From Glaucostegus cemiculus (lineage: Eukaryota), in NCBI GenBank assembly GCA_976551045.1, contig CDPCPM010000013.1:26846001-26910000 (forward strand): a stretch of 64,000 nt of DNA, given 5' to 3'. The notes under the pieces were generated by a model. It was not told the DNA's origin, did no database searches, and worked only from the letters and a program-made list of their open reading frames with translations. Of this stretch, positions 1 to 11,616 are shown one piece after another (the stretch's first letter is position 1; each line of letters starts with the position of its first letter). The position numbers and the translations under genes are program-made.

Positions 1-1289
1 TGTGATGGAATGTGTTTGTGATTGTACATGAAAATATTTAATAATGGATCATTTAATAAGTACACCATGTTAATTAGGATTCTGGGAGACTAACATTCTA
101 TATACCTGGATATTTTCTAAAGATCTGTACATACATGATTGAGGATTTCTCTGTGTAATCATATGCTTGCATGTGCAAGTCATTACATAAGCAGCATTCA
201 CGTTACAAAATAACAGCGTATTTTCTTATATTTGTGGCTGCCTTAACAATGGCATACGGATAAAAAAAGCGAATTACAGAATCTGTTTCCAGGATAAGGA
301 TTTTGGATTTAACAAGCATTGAAAACTAGTTCCTGAACATTGGTCTTCCAGAATACAATTTAAAGAATAACAGCAAATAAAAAGAGCTTGTGTGTAGATC
401 AATGATCCATGTGCGTGAGAATAGGTGCACTTCCATGTGTATTGGTCTGGCCTGAACTTTGAGACACAGTGGTTTTCCTAAGTCTAACATACATAAGAGT
501 TACTGCATTTCTAATGAATTTTCATGTGGGAGTTAATAGTGTGAAATTGCAAAGAGATATCTCTATCTATGTCAGTATCTACTGTATATACAATGTATAT
601 GTATCAATTGCATTTTGCATGCACATAAAAGAGTAAATATATGCTAAATGGTTGCTTTTCTATGAATACATGTAAATGTAAGGAGAGCATCATTTACTTT
701 ATATACATGAACTGGATATTTGTGTATTTATTTTTCATTTTTGAAGATTATTAAATCACGTTTAGGAGGGTGCATCTCTGAGTATGGATCTTGCGCAGGT
801 TGGAAAGTGTTACTTGCGAAAGGTAAATATCCATGCATTTGCATGAAGGAAATGTTATTTCTTGATTACTGTATATTGTGCTTGTGCACTTGAGTGTTAG
901 AGCTCCAGTGTATATATTTGCTCATTTTGTGTGGATAACAATATTTGCTGTTGTGTACAAGTGTTAGTGACTTTGAAGAATTTGAACCTGTAAAGTAAGT
1001 ACTAGCTATTGCATATATGTTATGAATATGTGCATGTGTCTGCTAATGTTTAACTATGAGCTATTTTGATGGATGTGTGTATTGACATTGTCAGAAATGT
1101 TAATGTGTTTATGTTTAGGATACATATAAATATTGGTACCAATCTGTGTGTTTTTGTATATTCTTTTTGTGAAGTTTAAGATGCTTTTGAGTTTAGCCTT
1201 TATTTCACATTCCTGGAAACCAAATAGCTTCCTGGGCCTCTTCAGAGTACAAGCAAGAGTCAGTCACTTTCATATCACATGTTGGTGAG

Positions 1290-1480
1290 ACAGGGTAAAA
1301 ACATCTTCCCTCCCTAAAGATAACAATAAATCTATTTGAGTACATGCCTCATGGTCAGTTTTACTCATACCTGCTTTCCAGACTTTTAAATATATCAAAT
1401 CCTCATACTGGTATGGTGAGAGATGAGCACACTTTCTGTGTATTAGTAGACCAATAATTAAACCACCAAGTTGTTATGTC
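1290..1480 (-). mobile_element. Very degenerate SINE fragment, probably the family seen at 23495 and 38920
   Basis: gggtaaaaacatcttccctccctaaag...cctcatggtca resembles ggtaaggatgg...ttccttccctaaagg...ttcatggtca in the other copies. Confidence 0.4.
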
Positions 1481-2149
1481 ACCTTTATAAAACATGTTGA
1501 CGAATTCAGACTTAATAAAACTATTGCAAATCAACATTCAAAATGTTCCTCAAAGAGAATACGTCTAAGCATAGAATAACCTGAAATCCTTGAACGCTGC
1601 TGTGCTCTCCAAGGAGGCTTCTCTGCCTTCCGGCTGGTTCCCACTCTCACCTCCAGAACCAACTTCTCTATTCTCTCCCCATTGTCAGTCACGGTTCTAG
1701 TCCTCAGCACGTCCTACATACTCCTGTAGCCAGTGAACTTTATTGTTGTCCCTCTACCTTCAATGTACAATCCTGGACAAACTCTCCTCATAACTCAACA
1801 CTGTCCAAATAAAAATGGTAATGTTGCTATTTAATTTCTGGGAAAGTCTTGCATCAGCCCCTAGAAATGCAACTCACTGCATCCTACCTTCCTTCATTGT
1901 TTAAAAGAGCTCAAACCCTGTAAATCTTTACCTCCTTCACAGTTCTGATCATGCCTCAGAGAGGAAACTTTCAAAACCCAGATTTAGTGAATGCTCATCT
2001 CCATTGTTTCGTTTACCTTATGTTCTGTTCCATTTGTTTTCTAAACTTGCTGGTGCCTTACATCAGAATCTCTGGTTATTTAAGAATTGTCTGTAAAAAA
2101 AAACTAATCTCCCGGCTTTCTCCAGCTGGCCTTACAGAAGGCCACCGAG

Positions 2150-2240
2150 TTGAAAGGTAAACTCTGTCACATTGTCTTTCTCCCTCCACTAACGCTGCCT
2201 GGCCTGCTGAGGTTTTTGTTTTCATTTGCTGGTTGTAGTT
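2150..2240 (+). mobile_element. Penelope terminal-repeat-derived fragment
   Basis: tctccctccactaacgctgcctggcctgctgag, shared with copies at 26700, 34280, 46620, 51910 and 60410. Confidence 0.5.
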
Positions 2241-5200
2241 CAAATTCCCATTCATCTCTCGCGTTTTATTTGTTTTTGTTTCTTACAATGTACTACTTTG
2301 CATGTGATTCATTCTTCTATTGCAGCACGAACTGTTTTTTCTCTCTCTCCGAAGCAGAGATTCAAACACTCCTACACTTTAATTTCCTCGTTCTTTAGAA
2401 GCCCAAATAATCTTATCCTCGCTGCTATTTAATTTGGCTCCTTTCTATTTCGATCGTGGAATCCGCCTTCCATTACTGTAAGGTGCTGATTTATTTTAAA
2501 TACCACATATTCAGAACCGATATCTCCCCCAAGAGAGGCAGCGAAGAAGGGAATCTCTCCGATGTTACAAGCTCTCTGTGCTATTGGTCCAGGTTACACT
2601 TGCATCGGTTTAATTTTGGGACTGCTCCCCGTTGGTCTTAATGTAGATTTCTACAGCTGGAGTCAAAGGCTGTGAGCAGCCTGCGTGTTTTGTAACGTAG
2701 TCAGAATGGTCTGACCTTTATTGCAGCGACTTAGATTTTCCGCAGCGTTTGGAAGCGTTTATCTCGCTCTGCATCACAATAATTGCGACTCAGTACGCTT
2801 TCCGCCCTGTCTCTGCTGGAAGGCTCCATTATTCTGTCACCGTTGCCGATGTTCGGCAGCTACTGCTCCCAGTACTTATCCTGACCTGTGTTTGAAGTCG
2901 CTGGATGCTGGTCGCTACACGTTGCCCTAACAGGACCTAGATGTTTGCAACAGTAGACGTGGGATATGTTTTTTAAAAAATCCCCGTGTCATGGTTATAA
3001 TTATAGTTCGGTGTAGGTGCTGTGAAATTCGGGGAGGTCCAACAGCGAGATAATTTGGCTTTAGTGTTTATCTTAAGCGAGCAGGTTACTTTGGCTTTCC
3101 ATTTCCCTGCAATCCAATTTTATTAGGATATACTATCATTTGTGCGCGGGAATCCCTCGGGAAATAATGCTTTGATTAATGTAATCCTAGGCAGGGATAC
3201 GCCACATGCCCAGCTCCCAGGGGACGAGCCCTGTTTGACAAACAAAAACACAGCGACCACGCCGAGTGCAACTATTACAATCCGCACCCACTCGCGGAGA
3301 TGCATTCTAATATTAACAATAAGGAAAAGAGCAGCCACGGGAACTGCAAGTGCTGCGCTCTGCACCCAGCCTCTGACAGCGGGGTACATGTAGTCTCTAA
3401 TCGCACACTCAGAACATAACCAATGTCAACTAACGCCAAACAGCAAGAAAAAGACCCATTGATAATACGTGATGGAAATTCCTCCTAGGCTGCGTTGAAA
3501 AGACTGTTTTATTTGAATATTTGGAGTAACATTGCGTATCAAAGAACCTTGCAAGCGCTGTAAAAATAAAACGGACGTTTTTATTTATACCCAGAAAAAA
3601 ATGTATATTCCATTGTCACGGCGGCATTAAATAAAAGGCGACAAGTAGCAATCAGGCAGAATGTATATTCCAATATCAAATTGATCTGAAGTTTAAACAA
3701 AAAAAAATTAACTGGGCATGTGTTGCAAATACCATCACCTGCAAGCAAACCAGCAACTGTAAACAATGGTAAAAGAAAGGCACTGCTATTGAGCTGGACC
3801 TATTACACGCCCTTGCTGGCTCGGAGATAGGCACCGTACACACAAATGTAATTCAAACTACATAAAATGCACAGGGCCTCTGGGAGACATGATACAGAAT
3901 AGGTGACATCCACATCCTGATCATGAAACAATTGAAAAATGTCCCGGGATAGATGCTATCCGGGTTCCACCAACATCCTGTTTAACCCCTAATACAAACC
4001 AGCATAAACACATCCAAGAAACGGGATGAATGATAAGCATATTTGAACATGAAGCCAGTGCACAACAAAGCAGCCGGAGCAATCACACTGTGAAGTAGCT
4101 ATTCCAATCCACAGGCAGAGATCCAGTCTCCAAAATAACATTCCTGTTTTCCATGACATAAAACAACAAAAAGAACCTCCCCCTTTGAAATCCATGTTTA
4201 TTCTATTTGATAGATGCTGAATGAACATTGTTAAGTCATAAAACGAGGTAATATCGCGCTAAAACAGAAACAATCCAAAGGAATACCGAACCATCCTAAG
4301 ATTCAAGTGTTTCCCGATCAGTCACGAACCCAAACATGTATCATTTAGCACCAAAACAATCTTTCAATAAGACTTTGCTGTTATACTGTTCATTCTTGTA
4401 CTTGCTTCGCTTTTTATCTTATTTAAGATTAAGAAGGTTGGGAAGGGTTGGGGGAGGGGAAGAGGAGATGGAGGGCCTCTCACGTGCAGCTTCTATAACA
4501 CGGGGATCTTTAACTCTCTTCGGCCGATAAACGATGCAGAATTCTCAGCCAAACAATTAACAAAATCTGACATTTTGATCTTTCTGAGAAACCTGGATGA
4601 CCACTAATGAATGGTACAGACTGTCACTCGCAAAGGGGATGGGGAATGGGCCTGGGCGTTTATTTAGTACTTTTTTTGAAAACTTTAAAAAAAGACGTAC
4701 GGTACACATCCACGTCGATTCAGTACGATGAGATTCCATACTATATCTTAATAAGATTCACAATTCCCTACAACGTTCGAAAATGATACACACCGAAACT
4801 TTGTCTGTATACTACAGTTTTAATACCTTTTTAAAATGTTTTCTATGATTTTTTTCAATAGCCTCAAAGTTAAGAGCGCGATTAATATTTTAACATTAGA
4901 ATCCTATCTATTGCCAGATTATAAAACTATACTGAAGTTGTGGGTTATAAGAGTTGATGATTAATGTAAAGTGAACCTAGGTTAGGTAAACCGTTAGAGA
5001 ATCAACAAGTCCACCTGTGTAGCGACTTTGCTCGGCATAGCACTAATGTTCTGTATATTTATGTTCCAGCCATTACTTATCTAAGATGCACCTTTCTCTT
5101 GAAGTGCTGTATAGCGAAACATAGTTTGTCAGTGTTACATCACTGGCAATCAATTAAAGATGTAGAAAGCTGCGGTTTCAATCCGCAAAATGGTTACACT

Positions 5201-7632
5201 TATCTTTTATTATCCTGTAATGACTACAATATATATGTGTGCATGTGTCTATGTGCTTAAATCTTATAATATCTAATTGCAAATTCAATATCTGTGAAAC
5301 CCCCTCTCCATATCTTTCCGATTTCAACCAAAATAAAAGAAACTACATTCGCTATTGAACAATGTGTTAATTGCTTATTCGATCAGCAATCTGGAACTTC
5401 TGTAGTAAACGTACACCTTGCACCTTGAAGCAATGCTGAATATTACTTAATTGTAAACAAACACTGTAATGAAGGGCGCTCCTTAGCTTTGTAATATCAT
5501 ACTCCGCTAAGTGCAGAGTCATGCAAAACACACCGCGGGAGCCGAGACCTTCTACAACTTTTTGTCCAACAAAAAAAATGTAATAATTAGCGGTGTTAGT
5601 ATGGATAACTAACCCACCCCATTGTAGACAACGCCTGTAAGGTCAGACTGTTGGAATTGTAATGTGTTAAATGAGAACAGTAGCGAAGATAAACCGGTCC
5701 GGAAACAATGGGAATTATACCGTGGAAATGTTTATCGGGAGAGTATTTTTCATCTCCAGCAGTTAATGATGCACAGTCAAATATCCGTGGGAACCTAGAA
5801 ACTGCGTACCTACAGTTTCAGATAAGCAGTTTATTTCTGCGTTATCTGTGCTGTGAATTGGGCTAAACGTTAATTAAAAACTTTTTTATGACAAGTTGAG
5901 GCTTCTAATGCACAAAACTAATTTGCCGTTTATAAAATTATGCAACATTCACAAGCTGGAACAAAATCTTCAATCTGGCCTCTGACTCAGTAGACGTTCT
6001 CCCAAAATGGTACATTGTTGCAGTATAAATAGTGGGGAGACTTCAAGAAACAATGAACTGCCTGCAGAAAGATGCCCGACTTTTAGAGAGCAGAATCACT
6101 CCTCTTTACGCACTCCCGGACTTTTAAATAGTTTCTATGCCAAGATGATTTTCATCCTTTTCTCTCAGTGACACGTTTCACGTGCTATTTCGCCTCTTTA
6201 ATGCCTTGTGTTACTTCAGAGCTTTGATTTGAAAATTTAACTCAGTGGGAAGTCACATTCTCAGTAAACCTTTACCAATCCTTCAGACCCCTCCCAGAAC
6301 TACAGATGTTTAACCTAGTTTTTTTTATCCCCTAAAGCAAAAAGAGCTTCTGGTTGTTCACATCAGAATTAAGCTTTTAAATCAAATTTTTCCCCAAACC
6401 ATCGCCATATTCTGTTAACGAGCAGAACATCAGAGAGTACACTTCGACGTGCACCTTAACTCCAGGGAGACGGTCTATGTTTATTTAATATTCAAGCCAA
6501 CCGTAACAAAGTTAATTCAAACTTCTTAAAATAAGCTGGGGAATCGGGCTTGTACGTAAAAATCTGAGACTGAGCCTTCTCTCCATCTTAAAACTTTAGA
6601 CCATGACAAAACTAAGTAATTAGGAACAACACAGTCAGGTATATATATTTATCCTTTTCAGCAGCACAAACAATTAAGGAGACTAATGCTGAGCTATTGG
6701 CCCGCAGTTTCTGCCGAGTATTCGTCACAGGCTACTTTATGGAAGTGCTTCAGTGAACTACTTGGAATTTTACACTAACGAAACACATTTGTCACTTTCT
6801 CCCGCCTGCTCCTCCCTTTAGCAACTCAGTAGTTAATAAGTGATCTGATTTCAAATTTAAAATTATCCCTGCCCGGTATAATTTCAGTATCTATCGCTCT
6901 AAAACATTTAAGTGTTCTGATCGCGGTACGAAAACTAATTAATGTATTTTTTTATTTAAAATCACTAAAACTTCCAGTAGAATTTAAGAGACTGGGAGCT
7001 ACGTGCAACGTCTCATGTTCAATACTTCAACGCTAAATAGTTGTTATTTTGACTTTTTTATTTATCACCGCGTTATATTTCTCCTTGCTTATAAACTCAT
7101 TCCGTGCCCTTCCCTGTTCCCTTGCTTCTTTTCATTACTTCATCCCAAGCTCTGGTTACTCCTCTGCGCTCTGCTGCATCTTTCCCCGCACGACAGTGCT
7201 CCCTACCGCCCACAGCGTGCAAAGGCAACGTCTTTGAAACTCTCCAAATTTGCATTTGAGCTCCAGACCCCGTGTCTAACAAAATTAACGCCATCCAAAT
7301 AAAAAAAAAATAAGCTATATGTTTTAAAATGTCAGAATTGGGAACAGAAGACAGCTACCTTTATTGAGACTATATAGAGAGTTCTATACACTGACTCGGG
7401 GTCCCGAGCTTTCTTCCTGGCTGAAATGGAGTCCTTTATCTAAACCCGAGTGCACAAACATATAGGTTAATGTGACTACTGTTCTTTCCTTTTATTTCGT
7501 TCTCTATGGCAACGAAAACGCTGTGCGCAGAAATGCACCCCGTCAAGAAAACAAATGATCTTCGGGGAACAGCTCTACATGGCATCTGTTCCAAAGGGGC
7601 ACAGAGGGAAGGAAGGAAGGTAAGAGTGAAAA

Positions 7633-7633
<1 letters not shown>

Positions 7634-7691
<58 letters not shown>
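7634..7691. repeat. Compound microsatellite (GT)n(GA)n
   Basis: Read directly. Confidence 0.95.
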
Positions 7692-7697
<6 letters not shown>

Positions 7698-8108
7698 AAA
7701 GTGTGCGTGTGATACAGAAAGGACTATATATGAGCTTGATGGAGAATTATATGTGTCTGAAAGAAAGAGTCGGCCTGTGAATATGAATCCGAACAATGAA
7801 AAAAATTCATTTTAAACGTTGATACATTTTGTTACCGATCTTTCAAATCAGGGTATTCAATTTAAGTTTAATTTTACAATTTATGGATTTTAGAAAACAC
7901 TGACACGATAAGATCAAATAAAATATTTTATGACACCATGTACGCACAAACTCTTTACAAGGTAACACAATCGATGTTTATAAAATCAGTCGTGTGATGA
8001 AAATGGATCAAAAAGCTGCATCAAAGTTGAAAACGGTGTAAAACTATGGTCCGTTATATCGTGTAATCATACAGTCACACGTGTGTGCGCGCATACATAC
8101 AAATCTGC

Positions 8109-8135
8109 GTGTGTGTGTGTGTGTGTGTGTGTGTG
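8109..8135. repeat. (GT)n microsatellite
   Basis: Read directly. Confidence 0.95.
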
Positions 8136-9949
8136 GTGTTTTAAGTAAGCTTGACATTCAAATTAATTCCATTCGTCACCACGCGAATCTTTTTTTGGAA
8201 TCAGTAATATGAAGTGCCTCGATTTAAAGACGGGAGCTGCGGAGGAAGACAACACTGCCTGAAATGTCATATTTTGGAAGATTTCTTTTACACTTGACCT
8301 TGACAATCGAAGTGCTTCCGGTGTGCATTGAGTTTTACCTTTTGTATTCGATGGAAGGAAAGTTAAAGAAGATTATTTTAGTGTTGCGAGATGGCGGCGT
8401 GTAAGTCTGTGTCTGAGCAGGACGCTCGCACCCACCTCTCCGGAGAACTCAGCCAAGTTCTCTTTAGTTATGATTGATAGTATAGCCTGTGGAAGGACTT
8501 CTCCAAGCCACAGGGCTCGGTTATAGACGGTGGTATCGTTGCACAGTGTGCTCCAGTGTTCACGTTTATTTCCGTGAGATCTCTCAATACGCTTTCGCTT
8601 CGAAGTTAATGCTGGAATCTCATATCCATTGTGACCTTGCCCCCTGCTCTCCGCTTGTCCATTTATGAAGCAGATCCATTTTGATAAAAATATACCGTAG
8701 AAAAATATCAAGCCCAACACTGCAGAGCCTCTAAAGCCCCAAGTCCTAAAATCGAGCTGACGCTATCAATAAATGCGTTGCGTTAAGAATGCACACTTAC
8801 CAGTGGGATAGTCGCTTTCAACTCGTAAATAGTGTAGAAAAGTTTCGCAAATTTGGATTACTGACTTTGCATTTTACTTTCGCTCCGAATTGTTCCTGGT
8901 CGATCCTCGCAAGGATGTGCCCTTATACTGGCTTCACTGAGCCCGACTCTCGCTAGTCTATTATTTTCACCAAAATATATGAAAATTTATGCAAATGTAA
9001 ATCAGTACAAATTGCTCTCTGATGTTTTACTTTTTTCTTGGTGGGGAAACAATTTATGGATGTTTTCTTAAAGACAAAATACATTTTAGGTCTTTCCCAT
9101 CATTGTCATTGACCTTTAAGTTTTTTTTTTAACGCAGCTCTTTTCGGCGGCACATTCGCGTTTCATCAGTCCACCTGAGACATCTTTAAATGCGTGTACT
9201 GTGAAATTCGTAGCAGTAATTTAGACAAAATCCTCACTGTATATTAATGAAAGACGGCCCCATGGCACCGCTGCTATACTCTCCATTCAGTGTAAACAAA
9301 ACCACGAGACTCGGTTTGAGAGTGGTCCAAGGAAAATCTGCTGGAAAGGAAAACATGCTGTTGGGGCTCTGGCACAGACTATTCAGCGTCTGCACCTGGA
9401 GATCAGAGATTTAAATGAGATCTGTGTTACATCTGTAAACTCTTTCGCAGCCCTGAAAAGAAGAAAATCATACGCTTAAATTGTTCAGGTCAATTCCACG
9501 TAAGACGGGTTTACTACCACTAGAAAATATATTTCCTTTTTTTAAAAAAAATACTCTTGTCTGTTACAATTAATCGTTTGCTCTCACCCAAATTGTTAAG
9601 ATCGTGTACAGGACTAAAGTCGTTTGCTTTTACGCCGTTTATTCTTGCAGATCGGAGTGAAGTGGTAAAATGAAACTGGCGCATCCAAAGGGTTCAGTTT
9701 ACAATGCAAGATGAGTCGGATGCATTTCTTACTATTACTTTCGTGAACACACGTCTTGTTCGTTTGCATTAGTCAGGACTTAGTTTAAAATTATCTTTCA
9801 CTCTGAAATGGTCAGCTTGCAACCACCCCCCCCCCCCCCCCCACCCTTTCTAAATTCTGGTCACTAGTTTTTTTTAATCTATTTTCTTGATTTACCAAAA
9901 GGAGAGAGAAAAGCTGTGTGCAGCTTTTCTGCTTGGTCGCATCTCTCTT

Positions 9950-10210
9950 CAACACCCCCCCCCCCCAATCCCACACCCCACACCACGCCCCCCCCCCGTC
10001 CCTCCTCACCCAAACCACAAACACAACGACATTCCCCTAATTAAAAAGCAGCCAATCGGAACCGCCGGAAGGAAGCCGCGCGCCCGAGTCTCGCAGTCGG
10101 AAGGCGTCAATCACCCAGCGGGTAGCCAATCAGCGGGAGCCGCTGGCTCAACTTCCTCCTTTTTTTTGTGGTGTGCGGGGAGAGCGCGGCGCGGCGGCCG
10201 AGGTAAACAC
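9950..10210 (+). promoter_or_regulatory. POU3F3 proximal (possibly bidirectional) CpG-rich promoter
   Basis: Two CCAAT boxes (gccaatcgg ~10051, agccaatcag ~10124), a KLF/SP box ccacgcccc (~9983), ETS-like ccggaagg (~10065) and forkhead ggtaaaca (~10202). CpG-dense, no TATA box, 200-450 bp upstream of the ATG. Confidence 0.75.
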
Positions 10211-10422
10211 TGGCTATGTGAGAAGGGAGCTGTCAAACAGCAGCTCCACCAAGTCCCAGCACCAGCATCCCATTACACAACAACAAAACTCTCAGCAACA
10301 ACAAAAAAAGAGAGCGAAAAGCAAAAAAAAAGAGAGAGAGGGATTAAAAAAAAACACTTTTATTTCTATTTATTTCTGGCAATCAAACAACTGCAAAAAA
10401 AAGACAAGCGAGGGGGAAAGCC

Positions 10423-10683
10423 ATGGCGACAGCGACGTCCAATCCCTACATGCCGAGCAATAGCATCTTGTCGTCCAACTCTATCGTGCACAGCGACTCA
10501 GGCGGTATGCAGCAGGCGACCACGTACCGGGATCCCTCGAAAATGGTGCAAAGCGATTTCATGCAGGGGGCCATCGCCAGCAACGGCCACATGCTCAGCC
10601 ATGCACACCAGTGGGTGACGGCGCTGCCGCACACCGATGCCGGCTCGCCCTGGTCCTCGGCCATGTCCGGCAGCCCCTTGGGT

Positions 10684-10724
<41 letters not shown>

Positions 10725-11616
10725 GCAGCAACAGGACGTGAAGCCGTCGGTGCAGGTCGTGGGCCGGGACGAGCTGCACACGGGAGCCGCTCCGCTGCAC
10801 CACCACCGCCCGCCTCACTTGCCCCCGCACCAGCCGTCTCACGGCGGCCACCCGACCGCCTGGGGGGCGACGACCACGGCTCACCTGCCTTCCATGGGCT
10901 CGGCCGTTCAGCCTCTGATCTACTCGCAGCCTGGGGGGTTCACCGTCAACGGCATGCTGAGTCAGGCGGGAGGGCAGAGCCTGCACCCGGGGCTGAGGGA
11001 CACGCCGGAGCTGGTGGATCACGGGCAGCAGCACCACAGCCACGACCACTCGGACGAGGACACGCCGACCTCGGACGACCTGGAGCAGTTCGCCAAGCAG
11101 TTCAAGCAGAGAAGGATCAAGCTGGGCTTCACCCAGGCCGACGTCGGCTTGGCGCTGGGCACCCTGTATGGCAACGTCTTCTCGCAGACCACGATCTGCC
11201 GGTTCGAAGCGCTGCAGCTGAGCTTTAAGAACATGTGCAAACTCAAACCTCTGCTGAACAAGTGGCTGGAGGAGGCCGACTCGTCGACCGGCAGCCCCAC
11301 CAGCATCGACAAGATAGCGGCTCAGGGCAGGAAGAGAAAGAAGCGCACCTCCATCGAGGTCAGTGTCAAGGGAGCTTTGGAGAGCCACTTCTTGAAATGC
11401 CCCAAGCCCTCGGCGCAGGAGATCTCGACCCTGGCAGACAGCCTGCAGTTGGAAAAAGAAGTTGTCCGGGTTTGGTTCTGCAATCGGAGGCAGAAGGAGA
11501 AACGCATGACGCCGCCGGGAGGAGTGCAGCAGACGGACGATGTGTACTCACAGGTCGGCAATGTAAACGCCGACACACCGCCCTCTCACCATGGACTACA
11601 AACCGCCGTGCAGTGA
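10423..11616 (+). CDS. POU3F3: POU domain class 3 transcription factor 3 (Brn1), intronless, 397 aa
   Basis: ATG in strong Kozak context (aaagccATGg). POU-specific domain ([29 protein letters not shown]...) and POU homeodomain ([10 protein letters not shown]...[15 protein letters not shown]). Paralog-diagnostic segments match POU3F3: [29 protein letters not shown], linker [15 protein letters not shown], and C-terminus [22 protein letters not shown]. Confidence 0.96.
10684..10734 (+). repeat. Coding CAG/CAA repeat encoding Q17
   Basis: CAA(CAG)6 CAA(CAG)7 CAA CAG read directly. Confidence 0.95.

Noticed and set aside
2525-2545. CTCF motif at the left border of the CpG domain (ccaagagaggcagc)
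   Set aside because: Spacing does not fit the core consensus; too weak to call.
10498-11388. 296-aa antisense ORF and alternative-frame ORFs (9887-10618, 10611-11228, 11235-11630)
   Set aside because: Expected shadows of a GC3-rich CDS. Several start at TTG/GTG or upstream of the promoter, they are low-complexity, and none has a recognisable domain.
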